Assembly: GCA_964452145.1 (NCBI GenBank)
Contig: CAYVLA010000008.1
Coordinates: 1-64,000 of the forward strand
Origin: Candidatus Hadarchaeota archaeon
GTDB lineage: Archaea; CAYQAE01; CAYVLA01
Length of the DNA stretch: 64,000 nucleotides
Direction of reading: 5' to 3'
Position 1 is the first letter of the stretch. Each line of letters starts with the position of its first letter. Position numbers and translations under genes: made by a program. The notes under the pieces were generated by a model, which saw only the letters and a list, made by a program, of their open reading frames with translations, was not told the DNA's origin and ran no database searches. This document shows positions 1 through 9,585 of the stretch, one piece after another.

Positions 1-660
1 CCGGGTTACCATCAGGCCCCATACCAGGAACCCGGTGACGAGGAGGGTCGCCGTGCCCCACTGGGTAAGGTAGATCCAAAACAGGGCCCCATTCTTCAAG
101 TCCAGAGCATCGTCACCGAGGTCACCCAACCTGGACATCGCCAGCTCCATGATCTCGGTGGCATCCGCGAAGCTGTAGGACCGATAGCTGTCGAGGGAGG
201 CCCGCCTGAGATCGTCCACCTCCCCGATGCGCACATACATGTCCCGGGTGTTGGCACCCAGACCGTCGATGAATTCCAGCATGCCGGTCGGCAGCAGCCT
301 CTCCACGCCGTATTCGAAGTAGAGCCTGCGGAGTGCGTATAGCTGGTGGATATCCCGGGGAAGCGGCGCCCCGGCTGAGTGGAGGAGGATGTTGATGAAC
401 ACGTCTCCGGCGTACTCGTTGCTGCTGGGGGTGAGCACCGAGGACCACCACATGGCATCCAGATCGTCTGCCACGACCCAGGACACGGCACGGGCGGCGA
501 CCCTCCAGGAGACCAGCCAATCGGTCTTCCTCCCCGAGCCAATGAAAAGGGATGCCTCCGCCACAACCCTAAGCTGGCCCCAGACCGCTGCACCGAGCCT
601 CGTTGTGAGGTAGGTGAACTGCCTTCCCGGGATCCTCTCTATCCCGAGGAGCTGGGGGGA
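1..660 (-). CDS. Hypothetical protein with C-terminal TM anchor; runs off the window start, N-terminus uncertain or truncated
   Basis: Stop-free frame not in the ORF track: ...GDVFINILLHSAGAPLPRDIHQLYALRRLYFEY...ALFWIYLTQWGTATLLVTGFLVWGLMVTR. In-frame stop near 682; first GTG at 564. Confidence 0.5.
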
Positions 661-1106
661 ACCGCATATATATGGTTCTCTTCAACTTTGTGTGGGTGGA
701 TGGGGCTCGATCATCGAGTTGCCTGGGCTCAGGCTACTCGTGTAGGGCTTGATTCTGCCCCGTTTCTCCCTTGGGGGAGAAACGGACGAGGCAAGGAAGA
801 GGGGGTCAGGAGGGGTCGGGAAGTCATCTTCACAATGTCACCCGCTCAAATGTGCAGACAACTACTCCGGTTGCCAGGCAGCCGCAAGACAGGTCTTATG
901 GTGCGCATGCGAAGGGCGCAACCGAACGACGACGTTCCCGCACACCGCCGTCACATTTATGTGACAACACGACGAAGCAGGTATGCCCTAGTCCTGCATC
1001 GCTAACTACCGCCTTCCTCTCTTCATCCTTCCTTTCCTCTATCCTCTTCTCTTCTTCTTCATCGAAATCTTTAAACGTCCGATGAAACCCCAGCTTCGGG
1101 GTTCCC

Positions 1107-2501
1107 ATGGGTGACGATCGTCCGAACGTCCTGCTCTTCACGACCGACCAGCAGAGAGGCGACCACATAGGTCTGGCGGGTGCCGAAGTCGAAACGCCCA
1201 ATCTGGATGCCTTCGTCCAGCAGGGGGCCTACTTCCGAAACGCCTACAGCGAGATACCCTCCACAACGGGCGCGCGAAGGTGCATGCTCGCGGGCCAGGC
1301 CAGCTACGTCTGCGGGCTCGTCGGCTACTCCGCGGCCGACTGGAACGAACGCAACACGGTGGCCCAAGTGCTGGCCGACAACGGGTACCACTGCATAAAC
1401 GTCGGGTGGCGCAACCTGCACCCGACCCGGAAACTCTTCGGTTTCCATAACGTCATCTGCCACGATCTTCGGCCGGGGGTGGACGACTACATGGACTGGC
1501 TCAACGAGGAGCTCGGACCCGGTGTGGAGGAGGGCGGACACGGGCTCGACCCCAACGGTTGGCTCGCCAGGCCCTGGCACCTGGAGGAGCGGTTCCATCC
1601 CACCGTTTGGACCACGGATATGACGATTCGTCAGATCGAGAGACGGGACCCGACACGTCCGTTCTTCATCTGGACATCCCACCTCCGACCCCATTCGCCC
1701 TACGATCCCCCTCGGTTCTTCTGGGACATGTATATAGACCGCCGGTTACCCGACATTCCCATCGGGGATTGGGCGGCCAGACACGACGTTCCCGGGCCCT
1801 TTGAGATCACGGCATGGAGGGGGAGGCTGACGCCCGACCAGGATCAGCGCATGCGAGCGGCTTACCGGGCCACCTGCACCCACATAGACTACGAGCTGGG
1901 AAGGCTTCTTCAGAAGCTTAAGAGGATGAGTCTTCTGCAAGACACGCTGGTCATCTTCGTCTCCGACCACGGAGACATGATGGGCGACCACAATCTCCAC
2001 AGGAAGACCTACGCCTACGAGGGGTCGGCCCGCATCCCGTTCGTCATGAGATACCCAAACGGGCTTGATCTGCCAGCGGGAACGTTCGATCACATAGTCG
2101 GCCTCCAGGACGTCATGCCCACCATTCTGGACGCCGCAGGGATCAAGGTGCCCGGGACGGTGACGGGCATGAGCGTCTTCGATGCGATCCGGGGCAGGCG
2201 CTGGCGCACCTACCTACACGGCGAACACAGCCCCGCCTACTCCGACGAGGAAGCCATGCATTACCTGACCGATGGAAAACGGAAGTACATCTACTTCCCC
2301 AAGTCCGGAGAGGAACAGTTCTTTGACATAGAGCAGGATCGACGCGAGCTTGTCAACCTCCTAGCAGATCCCGCGAGAAGGCACGAAGTCGATCTCTGGC
2401 GCGACCGTCTGATCAGGCATCTAGCAGGGAGGGGGGACGGTTTCTCGGATGGCAAGCAGTTGTTGAGGAAGTCCTCTTGGAGCGCTTTGGTCGGCGGCTG
2501 A
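1107..2501 (+). CDS. Sulfatase-like hydrolase (alkaline phosphatase superfamily) with atypical Thr at the formylglycine position
   Basis: PNVLLFTTDQQR, PHSPYDPP, SDHGDMMGDH, K..AYEGSARIPF motifs; signature reads PSTTGAR. Confidence 0.9.
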   Translation: MGDDRPNVLLFTTDQQRGDHIGLAGAEVETPNLDAFVQQGAYFRNAYSEIPSTTGARRCMLAGQASYVCGLVGYSAADWNERNTVAQVLADNGYHCINVGWRNLHPTRKLFGFHNVICHDLRPGVDDYMDWLNEELGPGVEEGGHGLDPNGWLARPWHLEERFHPTVWTTDMTIRQIERRDPTRPFFIWTSHLRPHSPYDPPRFFWDMYIDRRLPDIPIGDWAARHDVPGPFEITAWRGRLTPDQDQRMRAAYRATCTHIDYELGRLLQKLKRMSLLQDTLVIFVSDHGDMMGDHNLHRKTYAYEGSARIPFVMRYPNGLDLPAGTFDHIVGLQDVMPTILDAAGIKVPGTVTGMSVFDAIRGRRWRTYLHGEHSPAYSDEEAMHYLTDGKRKYIYFPKSGEEQFFDIEQDRRELVNLLADPARRHEVDLWRDRLIRHLAGRGDGFSDGKQLLRKSSWSALVGG

Positions 2502-2540
2502 TCGTAAGATGCACGATCAAGATGCTGATCCCAGGGCCAT

Positions 2541-3299
2541 CTAGAGGAATCTCGCAAGCATCAGCCAGACGACGTTATTGCATGCATGCGCCGTTACCGG
2601 GGCGAAAAGCGACCCTGTCCTCTCGACCAGGAGGACCATGGCCACCCCGAATAGCAGAGCGGCTGAAAGCGCCGAGATCGGGTTTGGGTAATGAGCCATG
2701 CTGAATATGAAGGCCTGGAACAATGAAGCCAAGCGGGGGCCAAAGATGTTCCGAGCCGGCCTGTAGATCGCTCCCCTGAACAGAAGCTCCTCCTGCATCC
2801 CAACCAGAAGCGACAGCGAGACTATCCAGGCAACGGTGCCAGCGACGCCAAAGTCTGGCATCGGGACGGCCCTTTCCCCCGAAAGGTAATCCACAAAGCC
2901 GAATGACAGGCCGACCGCGGCACCGAGAATGATAGCTTTGGCAAGGCCTTGCCGGGTCATGCGGAGCATAGCAAGTCCGAAGAAATGGCGGGAGGCAAAC
3001 AGCAGTATCACAAAGGCAAGGACCTGTTCTAGGTGGTATGCCACCATCGAACTGCGGTCAACCTCCGACATGGCCGATCCAATCAAGGCCCTCACATAGA
3101 GAGCTACGAAGAAGAGGCTCATCGAAAGGCACAGGTTGAAGGTGGGTTTCTCCTCGACAAAGAGCGCGGGGGATACCAGCCAGGCCGTGGAGATAACGAG
3201 CAGGAAGATCGGATGGTTCCGGGAAAGGGCAAGTGCCGCGGGCACGCTGACAAGGGATAGAGCCAGTATGATCCATGCCTTTCTGTCCCGTCCCATCAA
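2541..3299 (-). CDS. CPBP (Abi/CAAX) family intramembrane metalloprotease
   Basis: Multi-TM; EELLFRG, FSMAHY, HACNN motifs. Confidence 0.88.
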   Translation of the reverse strand: MMGRDRKAWIILALSLVSVPAALALSRNHPIFLLVISTAWLVSPALFVEEKPTFNLCLSMSLFFVALYVRALIGSAMSEVDRSSMVAYHLEQVLAFVILLFASRHFFGLAMLRMTRQGLAKAIILGAAVGLSFGFVDYLSGERAVPMPDFGVAGTVAWIVSLSLLVGMQEELLFRGAIYRPARNIFGPRLASLFQAFIFSMAHYPNPISALSAALLFGVAMVLLVERTGSLFAPVTAHACNNVVWLMLARFL

Positions 3300-3343
3300 G
3301 CCCGGCAGCCCAGCGCCCGAGGCGGACGCGCACCTGATAAAGA

Positions 3344-4480
3344 TTATGAGGCCGAGTAGGCCCCTAAGCGCCCGATCTCCTGAAGCATGGCGCGGTAGTT
3401 GCCGAACCTGGTCCCGACTAGGAGCGAGTGGCTGGAGGCACAGATAAAACCTCCGCCTGGAGAAGCGTATTGCAGGGCATGCCGCGTCAGACGCCTGGTC
3501 TCATCGATGTTTCCGGATGCCAGGCGTTCGCAGGACACTCCCCCCCAGAGGGCTATGCGATCCCCGTATGTGTCCTTCAGCCTTGCGATCTCCATCCCGG
3601 CTGTGGGCTGTATGGACTGGTACGCGTCGTAGCCGGCCCGCACGAACAGGTCCATGATTGGCCAGTTGTTGCCGCAGGAATGTTTCAGGATCTTCAACCC
3701 GAGCGCATGGGCGTGTTCACACTGCTTTCTCATGGCAGGAAAGAAGAGGTCCTCGATCACAGATGGAGAAAGGAAGGTTCCCTTGTTGTATCCGTAGTCA
3801 GCACCGGGAGCGAGCGCATCTACGCCTTCCCTAGCAAAGATCCTGTCGATGGCCAACGCGTGCTTCAACGACACCTCGACGGCCTTCCTCACGACCTCGG
3901 GTCTGCGAAGCGCCAGCTTGATGCCGCTGAGGAGGCCTCCCGGGAGCGCGATGGAGCCGTCGGGACTGCGGGCAAATATGAAGTGGGTGTCGCCCAGCTC
4001 GCTCACGACATGCCTGATCAGCTCGAGGCTGGTCTCATCGATCTCAGGCCTTGTGTACGCGAAATCGTCGACCGAGTAGTCCCGTCCGTCATCCGGGCTG
4101 GAGACGCGCAGCAGGTTCCCGCTCCCCTGGGCGACCCTGTACACGCTCCCGTCCCTGTACCGGTAGGTGTTCGGGGCGATGAGCTTGGGCTTCTCGAACA
4201 CCTTCCCCTTCTCTGGCACCATGATCACGGGCACCATGTCTAGGCCCATCTTCCGGGTGAACTCCACCATGTCCCTCTTCTGGCTCTCAACGACCAGATC
4301 TCTCTTCCCCGACCACAGGGCCCTGTGCTCGCGCATCTTGGCCCTCCAGTAGGTCCTTCGACCGAGCGCAGCCTCGATGACTGGGTAGTCCGTCGCAAAC
4401 TCGCCGGTGGGCACCCGATCCGGCTCTTCCATGTCCAGGGCTGTCAGCACCCTTTCCTTTGGGATCAAGGATTCGCCCAT
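3344..4480 (-). CDS. Uroporphyrinogen decarboxylase / MtaA-CmuA methyltransferase family protein
   Basis: KERV..AL..EEPDRVP, DYG...GTFLSP, KHSCG, YGDRIALWGGV, GGGFICASSH. Confidence 0.85.
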   Translation of the reverse strand: MGESLIPKERVLTALDMEEPDRVPTGEFATDYPVIEAALGRRTYWRAKMREHRALWSGKRDLVVESQKRDMVEFTRKMGLDMVPVIMVPEKGKVFEKPKLIAPNTYRYRDGSVYRVAQGSGNLLRVSSPDDGRDYSVDDFAYTRPEIDETSLELIRHVVSELGDTHFIFARSPDGSIALPGGLLSGIKLALRRPEVVRKAVEVSLKHALAIDRIFAREGVDALAPGADYGYNKGTFLSPSVIEDLFFPAMRKQCEHAHALGLKILKHSCGNNWPIMDLFVRAGYDAYQSIQPTAGMEIARLKDTYGDRIALWGGVSCERLASGNIDETRRLTRHALQYASPGGGFICASSHSLLVGTRFGNYRAMLQEIGRLGAYSAS

Positions 4481-4568
4481 TACCGGGTCCGAAGAAAAAT
4501 GTCGCCCGAGGACCGGACTCCTAGAATCGTGGGCATCGATTTAAGACCCGGCAATCGTCACGCTCACC

Positions 4569-4988
4569 ATGGGCAAAGTTGTCAGATTCTCGATTTCAGC
4601 TCCGCCTGACCTCGTGAAGGACTTCGACGAACTTGTCTCCAGACTCGGCTTGGGTCGATCACATGCCATAGGCCTAGCCATGCGGGATTTCATCACTGGG
4701 TACGAGTGGGAGCAGGACCCGGATGGAGTGGGCGTGGGGGCGCTGACTTTGATCGCCGATCACGTCGACAGCCTATCCGAAAGCGTGCTCACCGAGATAC
4801 AGCACAGGCACCATGACTCGATAATCTCAACCACCTTCGTGCACAGGGATGATGGGAACTGCCTCATCGTCGTCTTGGTGCGCGGGAGGATCGCGACGGT
4901 AAGAAGGCTGGCTGGAGAGCTGATGGCCGTTCGCGGAGTCAAGCAGCTGAAGACATCAATGCTCGCCAGCAAGATGCCCGGTCGATAG
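4569..4988 (+). CDS. nikR: NikR-family ribbon-helix-helix metalloregulator (variant metal site)
   Basis: RFSIS..L..FD.L...RS.AI N-terminal RHH; LTEIQH...VH...NCL...VRG C-terminal domain. Confidence 0.8.
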   Translation: MGKVVRFSISAPPDLVKDFDELVSRLGLGRSHAIGLAMRDFITGYEWEQDPDGVGVGALTLIADHVDSLSESVLTEIQHRHHDSIISTTFVHRDDGNCLIVVLVRGRIATVRRLAGELMAVRGVKQLKTSMLASKMPGR

Positions 4989-5021
4989 CTTTGCTGAGCA
5001 CGTGACGGGGGGGCCCGGACG

Positions 5022-5049
5022 GTAATATTTTTATTTCATTCGGTAACAC
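5022..5049 (+). promoter_or_regulatory. Candidate NikR-type operator overlapping the TATA box of the metal ABC operon
   Basis: GTAATA-N16-TAACAC imperfect dyad with an AT-rich spacer containing TTTTTAT. Confidence 0.5.
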
Positions 5050-5069
5050 CGATCTGAGGAGATGCCGAG

Positions 5070-5963
5070 ATGCGAAGTTGTGCAGCGATCCCACTTCTCT
5101 TCGGAGCCATGCTCACGGCCGTCCTGCTTTCTGGATGCGTCACCCAGCCCGAGCAAGGCAAGATAGGCGTCGTCGTCACGCTCCCACCCCAGAAGGAGAT
5201 GGTCCAGGCCATCGGAGGAGACAACGTGAGGATCACAGTGATGGTTCCTCCCAACGAGAATCCCCATACCTACTCGCCCACCCCGACCCAGATGGCCGAG
5301 GTGGCCAGGGCGAAGATATACTTCAAGGTTGGCAGCGGGGTGGAGTTCGAAGTAGCATACCTGGCCAACATCCAATCCCAGAACAAGAAACTGCTGACGG
5401 TTGACTGCTCCCAAGGGATAGAGCTGATCGAATCCATCGAAGATCATGAACACGGGCATGGTGAACACGAGGCCGGCAAGGATCCTCACATCTGGCTCTC
5501 GCCGATGAACGCCAAGCAGATGGTTGGGAACATCTGCGAGGGCCTCGCAGGCCTGGATGAAGCGAACCGGGCTTACTACGAAAGCAACCGGGACGCCTAT
5601 CTCGCCCGGCTGGACGAATTAGATGCCGAGATACGACGCAGGCTTGAGGGGAAGGAAGGCTCCACCTTCCTGGTCTACCACCCGGCCTGGGCATACTATG
5701 CACGCACCTACGGCCTTGTGGAGATGGCCATAGAGGAACAGGGCAAGCAACCAGGACCCTCCGGGGTGATCGCGGTGGTGGAGCAGGCCAGGAAGCTGGG
5801 GATCAGGGTCGTCTTCGTCTCGCCCCAGTTCTCCCAGTCAAGTGCCGAGACCATCGCCAGGGAAATCGGCGGCAGGGTTGTTACCGTAGATCCTTTGGCC
5901 AGCAACTACATCGATAACCTCAAGGAGGTCACCGCGAAGCTGGCTGAGGGGCTGGTGGGCTGA
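5070..5963 (+). CDS. znuA: Zn/Mn-type ABC transporter substrate-binding lipoprotein (ZnuA-like)
   Basis: LSGC lipobox, NPHTY, His-rich loop EDHEHGHGEH, DPHIWLSP, YHPAW. Confidence 0.88.
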   Translation: MRSCAAIPLLFGAMLTAVLLSGCVTQPEQGKIGVVVTLPPQKEMVQAIGGDNVRITVMVPPNENPHTYSPTPTQMAEVARAKIYFKVGSGVEFEVAYLANIQSQNKKLLTVDCSQGIELIESIEDHEHGHGEHEAGKDPHIWLSPMNAKQMVGNICEGLAGLDEANRAYYESNRDAYLARLDELDAEIRRRLEGKEGSTFLVYHPAWAYYARTYGLVEMAIEEQGKQPGPSGVIAVVEQARKLGIRVVFVSPQFSQSSAETIAREIGGRVVTVDPLASNYIDNLKEVTAKLAEGLVG

Positions 5964-6015
5964 CGGCCCCACAGGCCGGCCATGAGTAGCTTAATAAGAT
6001 CCCACCCGGTATTGC

Positions 6016-6834
6016 GTGATGAATGTCATGTCGGCAGACACTGGATGCACGGCGCCTAGTGGGAACTTGGACAACGGAGCTGGAATGGAACCGGTGATAC
6101 GGCTCGAGGATGTCTGGGTCACGTTCAACCACGCCCCGGTGCTTGAGGGAGTGAACCTGTCAGTTCCGAAGGGCGATTATCTCGCCATCCTGGGCCCGAA
6201 CGGCGGCGGGAAGACGACTCTGCTGAGAACGGTTCTCGGCCTTGTCAACCCTATCAAAGGCAAGGTAACGGTACTGGGCCAGCCTCCGTCAAGATCCAGA
6301 AAGAAGATCGGGTACGTGCCTCAGTACACCAAGTACGACAGGGATTTCCCCATAAACGTATGGGACGTCGTGCTGATGGGGAGGCTCTCCCACAGAGGAG
6401 ATGCCCCGGGATATGGCAGAGAGGATAGGGAGGCAGCCGTGGAGGCACTTGAGGCCGTGGACATGCTGGAGTTTCGGGATCGCCAGATCAGCGATCTTTC
6501 GGGTGGTCAGAGGCAGAGAGTCTTCATCGCCCGGGCTCTGGCAGTCAAACCCCAGATTCTCCTGCTGGACGAGCCGACCGCGGGCGTGGATGTGCGAATC
6601 CAGACCAACCTCTACGATCTGCTCGCCAGCCTCAACGACCGGGTAACCATAGTGCTGGTTACTCATGACGTGGGCGTCGTATCATCCCACATCCGACGAG
6701 TCGCGTGTCTGAACCGCAGGCTGATCGTCCACGACGAGAAACAGCTGACCAGAGAGGATCTGGAAGCGACCTACGAATGCCCCGTCGAGCTGATCGCCCA
6801 CGGGCTTCCCCATCGCGTCTTCGGGGAACACTGA
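6016..6834 (+). CDS. znuC: Metal ABC transporter ATP-binding subunit (ZnuC-like; start may be ATG 6085)
   Basis: GPNGGGKTT, LSGGQRQR, LLDEPTAGVD, VTHD, C-terminal CPVELIAHGLPHRV. Confidence 0.9.
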   Translation: MMNVMSADTGCTAPSGNLDNGAGMEPVIRLEDVWVTFNHAPVLEGVNLSVPKGDYLAILGPNGGGKTTLLRTVLGLVNPIKGKVTVLGQPPSRSRKKIGYVPQYTKYDRDFPINVWDVVLMGRLSHRGDAPGYGREDREAAVEALEAVDMLEFRDRQISDLSGGQRQRVFIARALAVKPQILLLDEPTAGVDVRIQTNLYDLLASLNDRVTIVLVTHDVGVVSSHIRRVACLNRRLIVHDEKQLTREDLEATYECPVELIAHGLPHRVFGEH

Positions 6835-7673
6835 TGATCCTTGCAGATCTGCTCTCAGCATTTGAGTTCACCTTCGTCAGGAACATGTTCGTTGCCGGAT
6901 TGCTAGCCAGCCTGGCCTGCGGGATGATAGGCACCTACGTAGTGGTGAAGCGGCTTGTCTTCATCAGCGGGGGCATTGCTCACACCTGCTTCGGCGGAGT
7001 CGGCCTTGCTTACCTGATGGGTTTTGACCCCATGCTCGGTGCGGTCATCTTTGCCCTCGGGACGGCCGTCACGGTTGGCATCGCCAGCCTCCGCACCCAC
7101 CTGCGCGAGGATTCGATGATAGGAACCCTTTGGGTCATGGGCATGGCTCTGGGCATCCTGTTCATCAAGAGGGCCCCGGGCTACGTGCCCGATCCAATGA
7201 GCATACTCTTCGGCGACATCCTTCTCGTCAAGACCCGGGACCTGTGGCTCATGCTCGCCCTGGTGCTGACAATCGCTGCCCTGGTTGCGACGCTCTACAG
7301 ACAGCTCCTAGCCCTCACCTTCGACGAGGAGTTCGCAAGGATCTCGGGCGTGCAGACCGGGAGGCTATACATCATCCTGCTGGCCCTCGTCGCCCTGACG
7401 GTCGTGCTCCTCCTCAAGGTGGTGGGCGTGGTCCTCGTCATCGCCCTGCTGACAATTCCGGCCACGATCAGCGGGTTGTTCAGCCATGAGATGAAGCGCA
7501 TGATGGCCCTGGCCACCATCATGGGAATGGCGGCGACCACGGCGGGGCTTATGCTATCACTAGAATACGGTGTACCCCCTGGAGCCACCATCGTCATCGT
7601 CCTGGGGTCGGGGTTGGCCCTATCCCTGGTGGGAAGGAGGGTCGCGGATCGTAAGAAGCTCGAACCCGGATGA
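6834..7673 (+). CDS. znuB: Metal ABC transporter permease (ZnuB-like)
   Basis: ATG overlaps the znuC stop; GTYVVVKR...IAH...GG, ILFGDIL, FDEEFA. Confidence 0.9.
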   Translation: MILADLLSAFEFTFVRNMFVAGLLASLACGMIGTYVVVKRLVFISGGIAHTCFGGVGLAYLMGFDPMLGAVIFALGTAVTVGIASLRTHLREDSMIGTLWVMGMALGILFIKRAPGYVPDPMSILFGDILLVKTRDLWLMLALVLTIAALVATLYRQLLALTFDEEFARISGVQTGRLYIILLALVALTVVLLLKVVGVVLVIALLTIPATISGLFSHEMKRMMALATIMGMAATTAGLMLSLEYGVPPGATIVIVLGSGLALSLVGRRVADRKKLEPG

Positions 7674-7684
7674 CGCCGATCGAC

Positions 7685-8683
7685 CTAGGCCATCCATTCC
7701 ATCATCTCCTTGCTGACGAGATTCCTCGGCCGCTTCCCCCCAAAGAACAGCTCCAAATCCTCAACGACCACATCCCCCTGCCTTCTTCGTGCCTCCACCG
7801 ACCTGCCAGCGATGCGTGGCGTGAGAATGGCGTTCCGGACCCCGCTCAGCGTCTTTGCGACCTCGGACGCTTGGCCTTCAAATACATCGAGGGCGCAGTG
7901 AATTCGGCCTGATCGAACCTCCTCGATCAACGCCTCCTCGTCCACCAGCCGTCCGCGTGCCGTGTTGACGAAGAGGGCGTGGTCGCGAAGGAGTCCGAGG
8001 AGACTCTTCGAGATCATATGCGTGTTCGAAGGGATGTCCGGGGCGTGGAGCGAGACGATGTCGGATCTGGCGAAAACGTCCTGCAGGGAAGCTGACAGCC
8101 CTCCCGCGTTTTCGACTTCTTGCGCGGACTTGTACGGATCGAATACGAGGATTCTGCAGGAGAAGGCCTTCAGAAGGGCAATGACCCTCCGGCCGACCTC
8201 CCCCATCCCAACGATGCCGACGGTCTTCCCCGTCAACTCATGCGTCGGGCCCGGGTCGAATTTGCCGGTCCCGCCTTTCCAAAGATGCTCATTGTATTCG
8301 CAGAGATGTCTCAGGGACGCTATCATCAAGCCTATGGTCGTCTCCGCGACTGATACTGCGATCGCCGAGGCAGCGTTGGTGACGCACACGCCTCTTTCGA
8401 AGACTTGGTCGCAGACGTAGGGCCTGACGCTCCCGGCAGAATGGCATATGATCCGAAGCTGGGGAGCCATCGCCAGGATCTCTTCGGTCACCCTGGGGGA
8501 TCCCCAGCCTGTCACAAGCCCGGTGAGATCGGATATCGCAGCCAACAGCTGTTCGCGATCCATGTCCCCGGGGCCACCGAAGTACTGCGTCTCCGCGAAG
8601 GACTCCGCTCTTCTCAGAGACTCCCGGCTGAATATCTCATCCCTGAGCGCGGGGCTCAAAGCAAAAAGGATCTTTGGCATCAT
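7685..8683 (-). CDS. D-isomer-specific 2-hydroxyacid dehydrogenase family protein with altered catalytic residues
   Basis: GIVGMGEVG Rossmann motif, SLHAP, VNTARG, ALDVF, LTPRIAG. Confidence 0.88.
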   Translation of the reverse strand: MMPKILFALSPALRDEIFSRESLRRAESFAETQYFGGPGDMDREQLLAAISDLTGLVTGWGSPRVTEEILAMAPQLRIICHSAGSVRPYVCDQVFERGVCVTNAASAIAVSVAETTIGLMIASLRHLCEYNEHLWKGGTGKFDPGPTHELTGKTVGIVGMGEVGRRVIALLKAFSCRILVFDPYKSAQEVENAGGLSASLQDVFARSDIVSLHAPDIPSNTHMISKSLLGLLRDHALFVNTARGRLVDEEALIEEVRSGRIHCALDVFEGQASEVAKTLSGVRNAILTPRIAGRSVEARRRQGDVVVEDLELFFGGKRPRNLVSKEMMEWMA

Positions 8684-8809
8684 GGCCCCGCCAATGCCGG
8701 GCACCTTATAACGGTGACACCGGGCACGGAGGTCCGATGGAGAAGGCCTAAGTATGTGCCAAAGGGCATTCACTTATCACCCCAGGATGCCATGCACACC
8801 GGATCCCGG

Positions 8810-9571
8810 ATGAAGCTTGGCTACAGAACCGTTGCCTTCAGAAACCTGGACCTGAGGAGCGCGCTGAACGAGATCGCCCGAATCGGATACGACGGCATAG
8901 AGCTATGCTTGGAGTGTCACGGGCTCAGCGATCCGCCCATGAAGAGGGCCGTTCGATCGGCCGTCTCGTCGGCATCGGGCGAAGGCCTCGAGATAGCCTC
9001 CTTCAGCGACCACAGGAACCTTCTGGACGACCGCAACGCTGAACTGATATGCAGGGAGCTGGAGGCGGCCGTGGAACTGGGGGCAGGGATCTTCATCGTT
9101 TCGTCGGCACCAGCCGGGTCTCCGGGGGGATTGCATGCCCTTGCTGGGGCCTGTGACTCGCTCCTGGAGATCGCTGGATCGGATGTGAAGGTAGCCATCG
9201 AGCCGGAGCCCCGCCTGTTGGTTGAGGGCTCCAAGGATTTCGAACGGCTGAGAGACAAACTCGCATACGGCAGATCTCTGTGCATGAACCTGGACATCGG
9301 GCATGCCGTTTGCGTGGGGGAATCCATGGAAGCGCTCCTGCCGAGATATGCCAAGGAGATCGTCCATTACCACGTCGAGGACATCGCGGGCCGGATTCAC
9401 AGACATCTGGTCCCGGGGGAGGGGGAGATCGACCTGGCCGCAACCCTGTCGCACATCGCCCGTCACCACCGCGATGGGTACCTCACGGTTGACCTGTTCG
9501 ACGCACCTGATCCCCCGCTGGCTGCCAGTAGAGCCCTTCAATACCTTGAGCCGCTTCTCGGGCGGCTCTAG
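8810..9571 (+). CDS. Sugar phosphate isomerase/epimerase (xylose-isomerase-like TIM barrel)
   Basis: GYDGIEL, AIEPEP, NLDIGH, HVEDI..RIHRHLVPGEGEID. Confidence 0.85.
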   Translation: MKLGYRTVAFRNLDLRSALNEIARIGYDGIELCLECHGLSDPPMKRAVRSAVSSASGEGLEIASFSDHRNLLDDRNAELICRELEAAVELGAGIFIVSSAPAGSPGGLHALAGACDSLLEIAGSDVKVAIEPEPRLLVEGSKDFERLRDKLAYGRSLCMNLDIGHAVCVGESMEALLPRYAKEIVHYHVEDIAGRIHRHLVPGEGEIDLAATLSHIARHHRDGYLTVDLFDAPDPPLAASRALQYLEPLLGRL

Positions 9572-9585
9572 ACCGATTCCGGCAG

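Noticed and set aside
1011..1063. Pyrimidine tract reading EEEEKRIEERKDEERK on the - strand
   Set aside because: Low complexity; the ORF containing it overlaps the sulfatase start and has no other support
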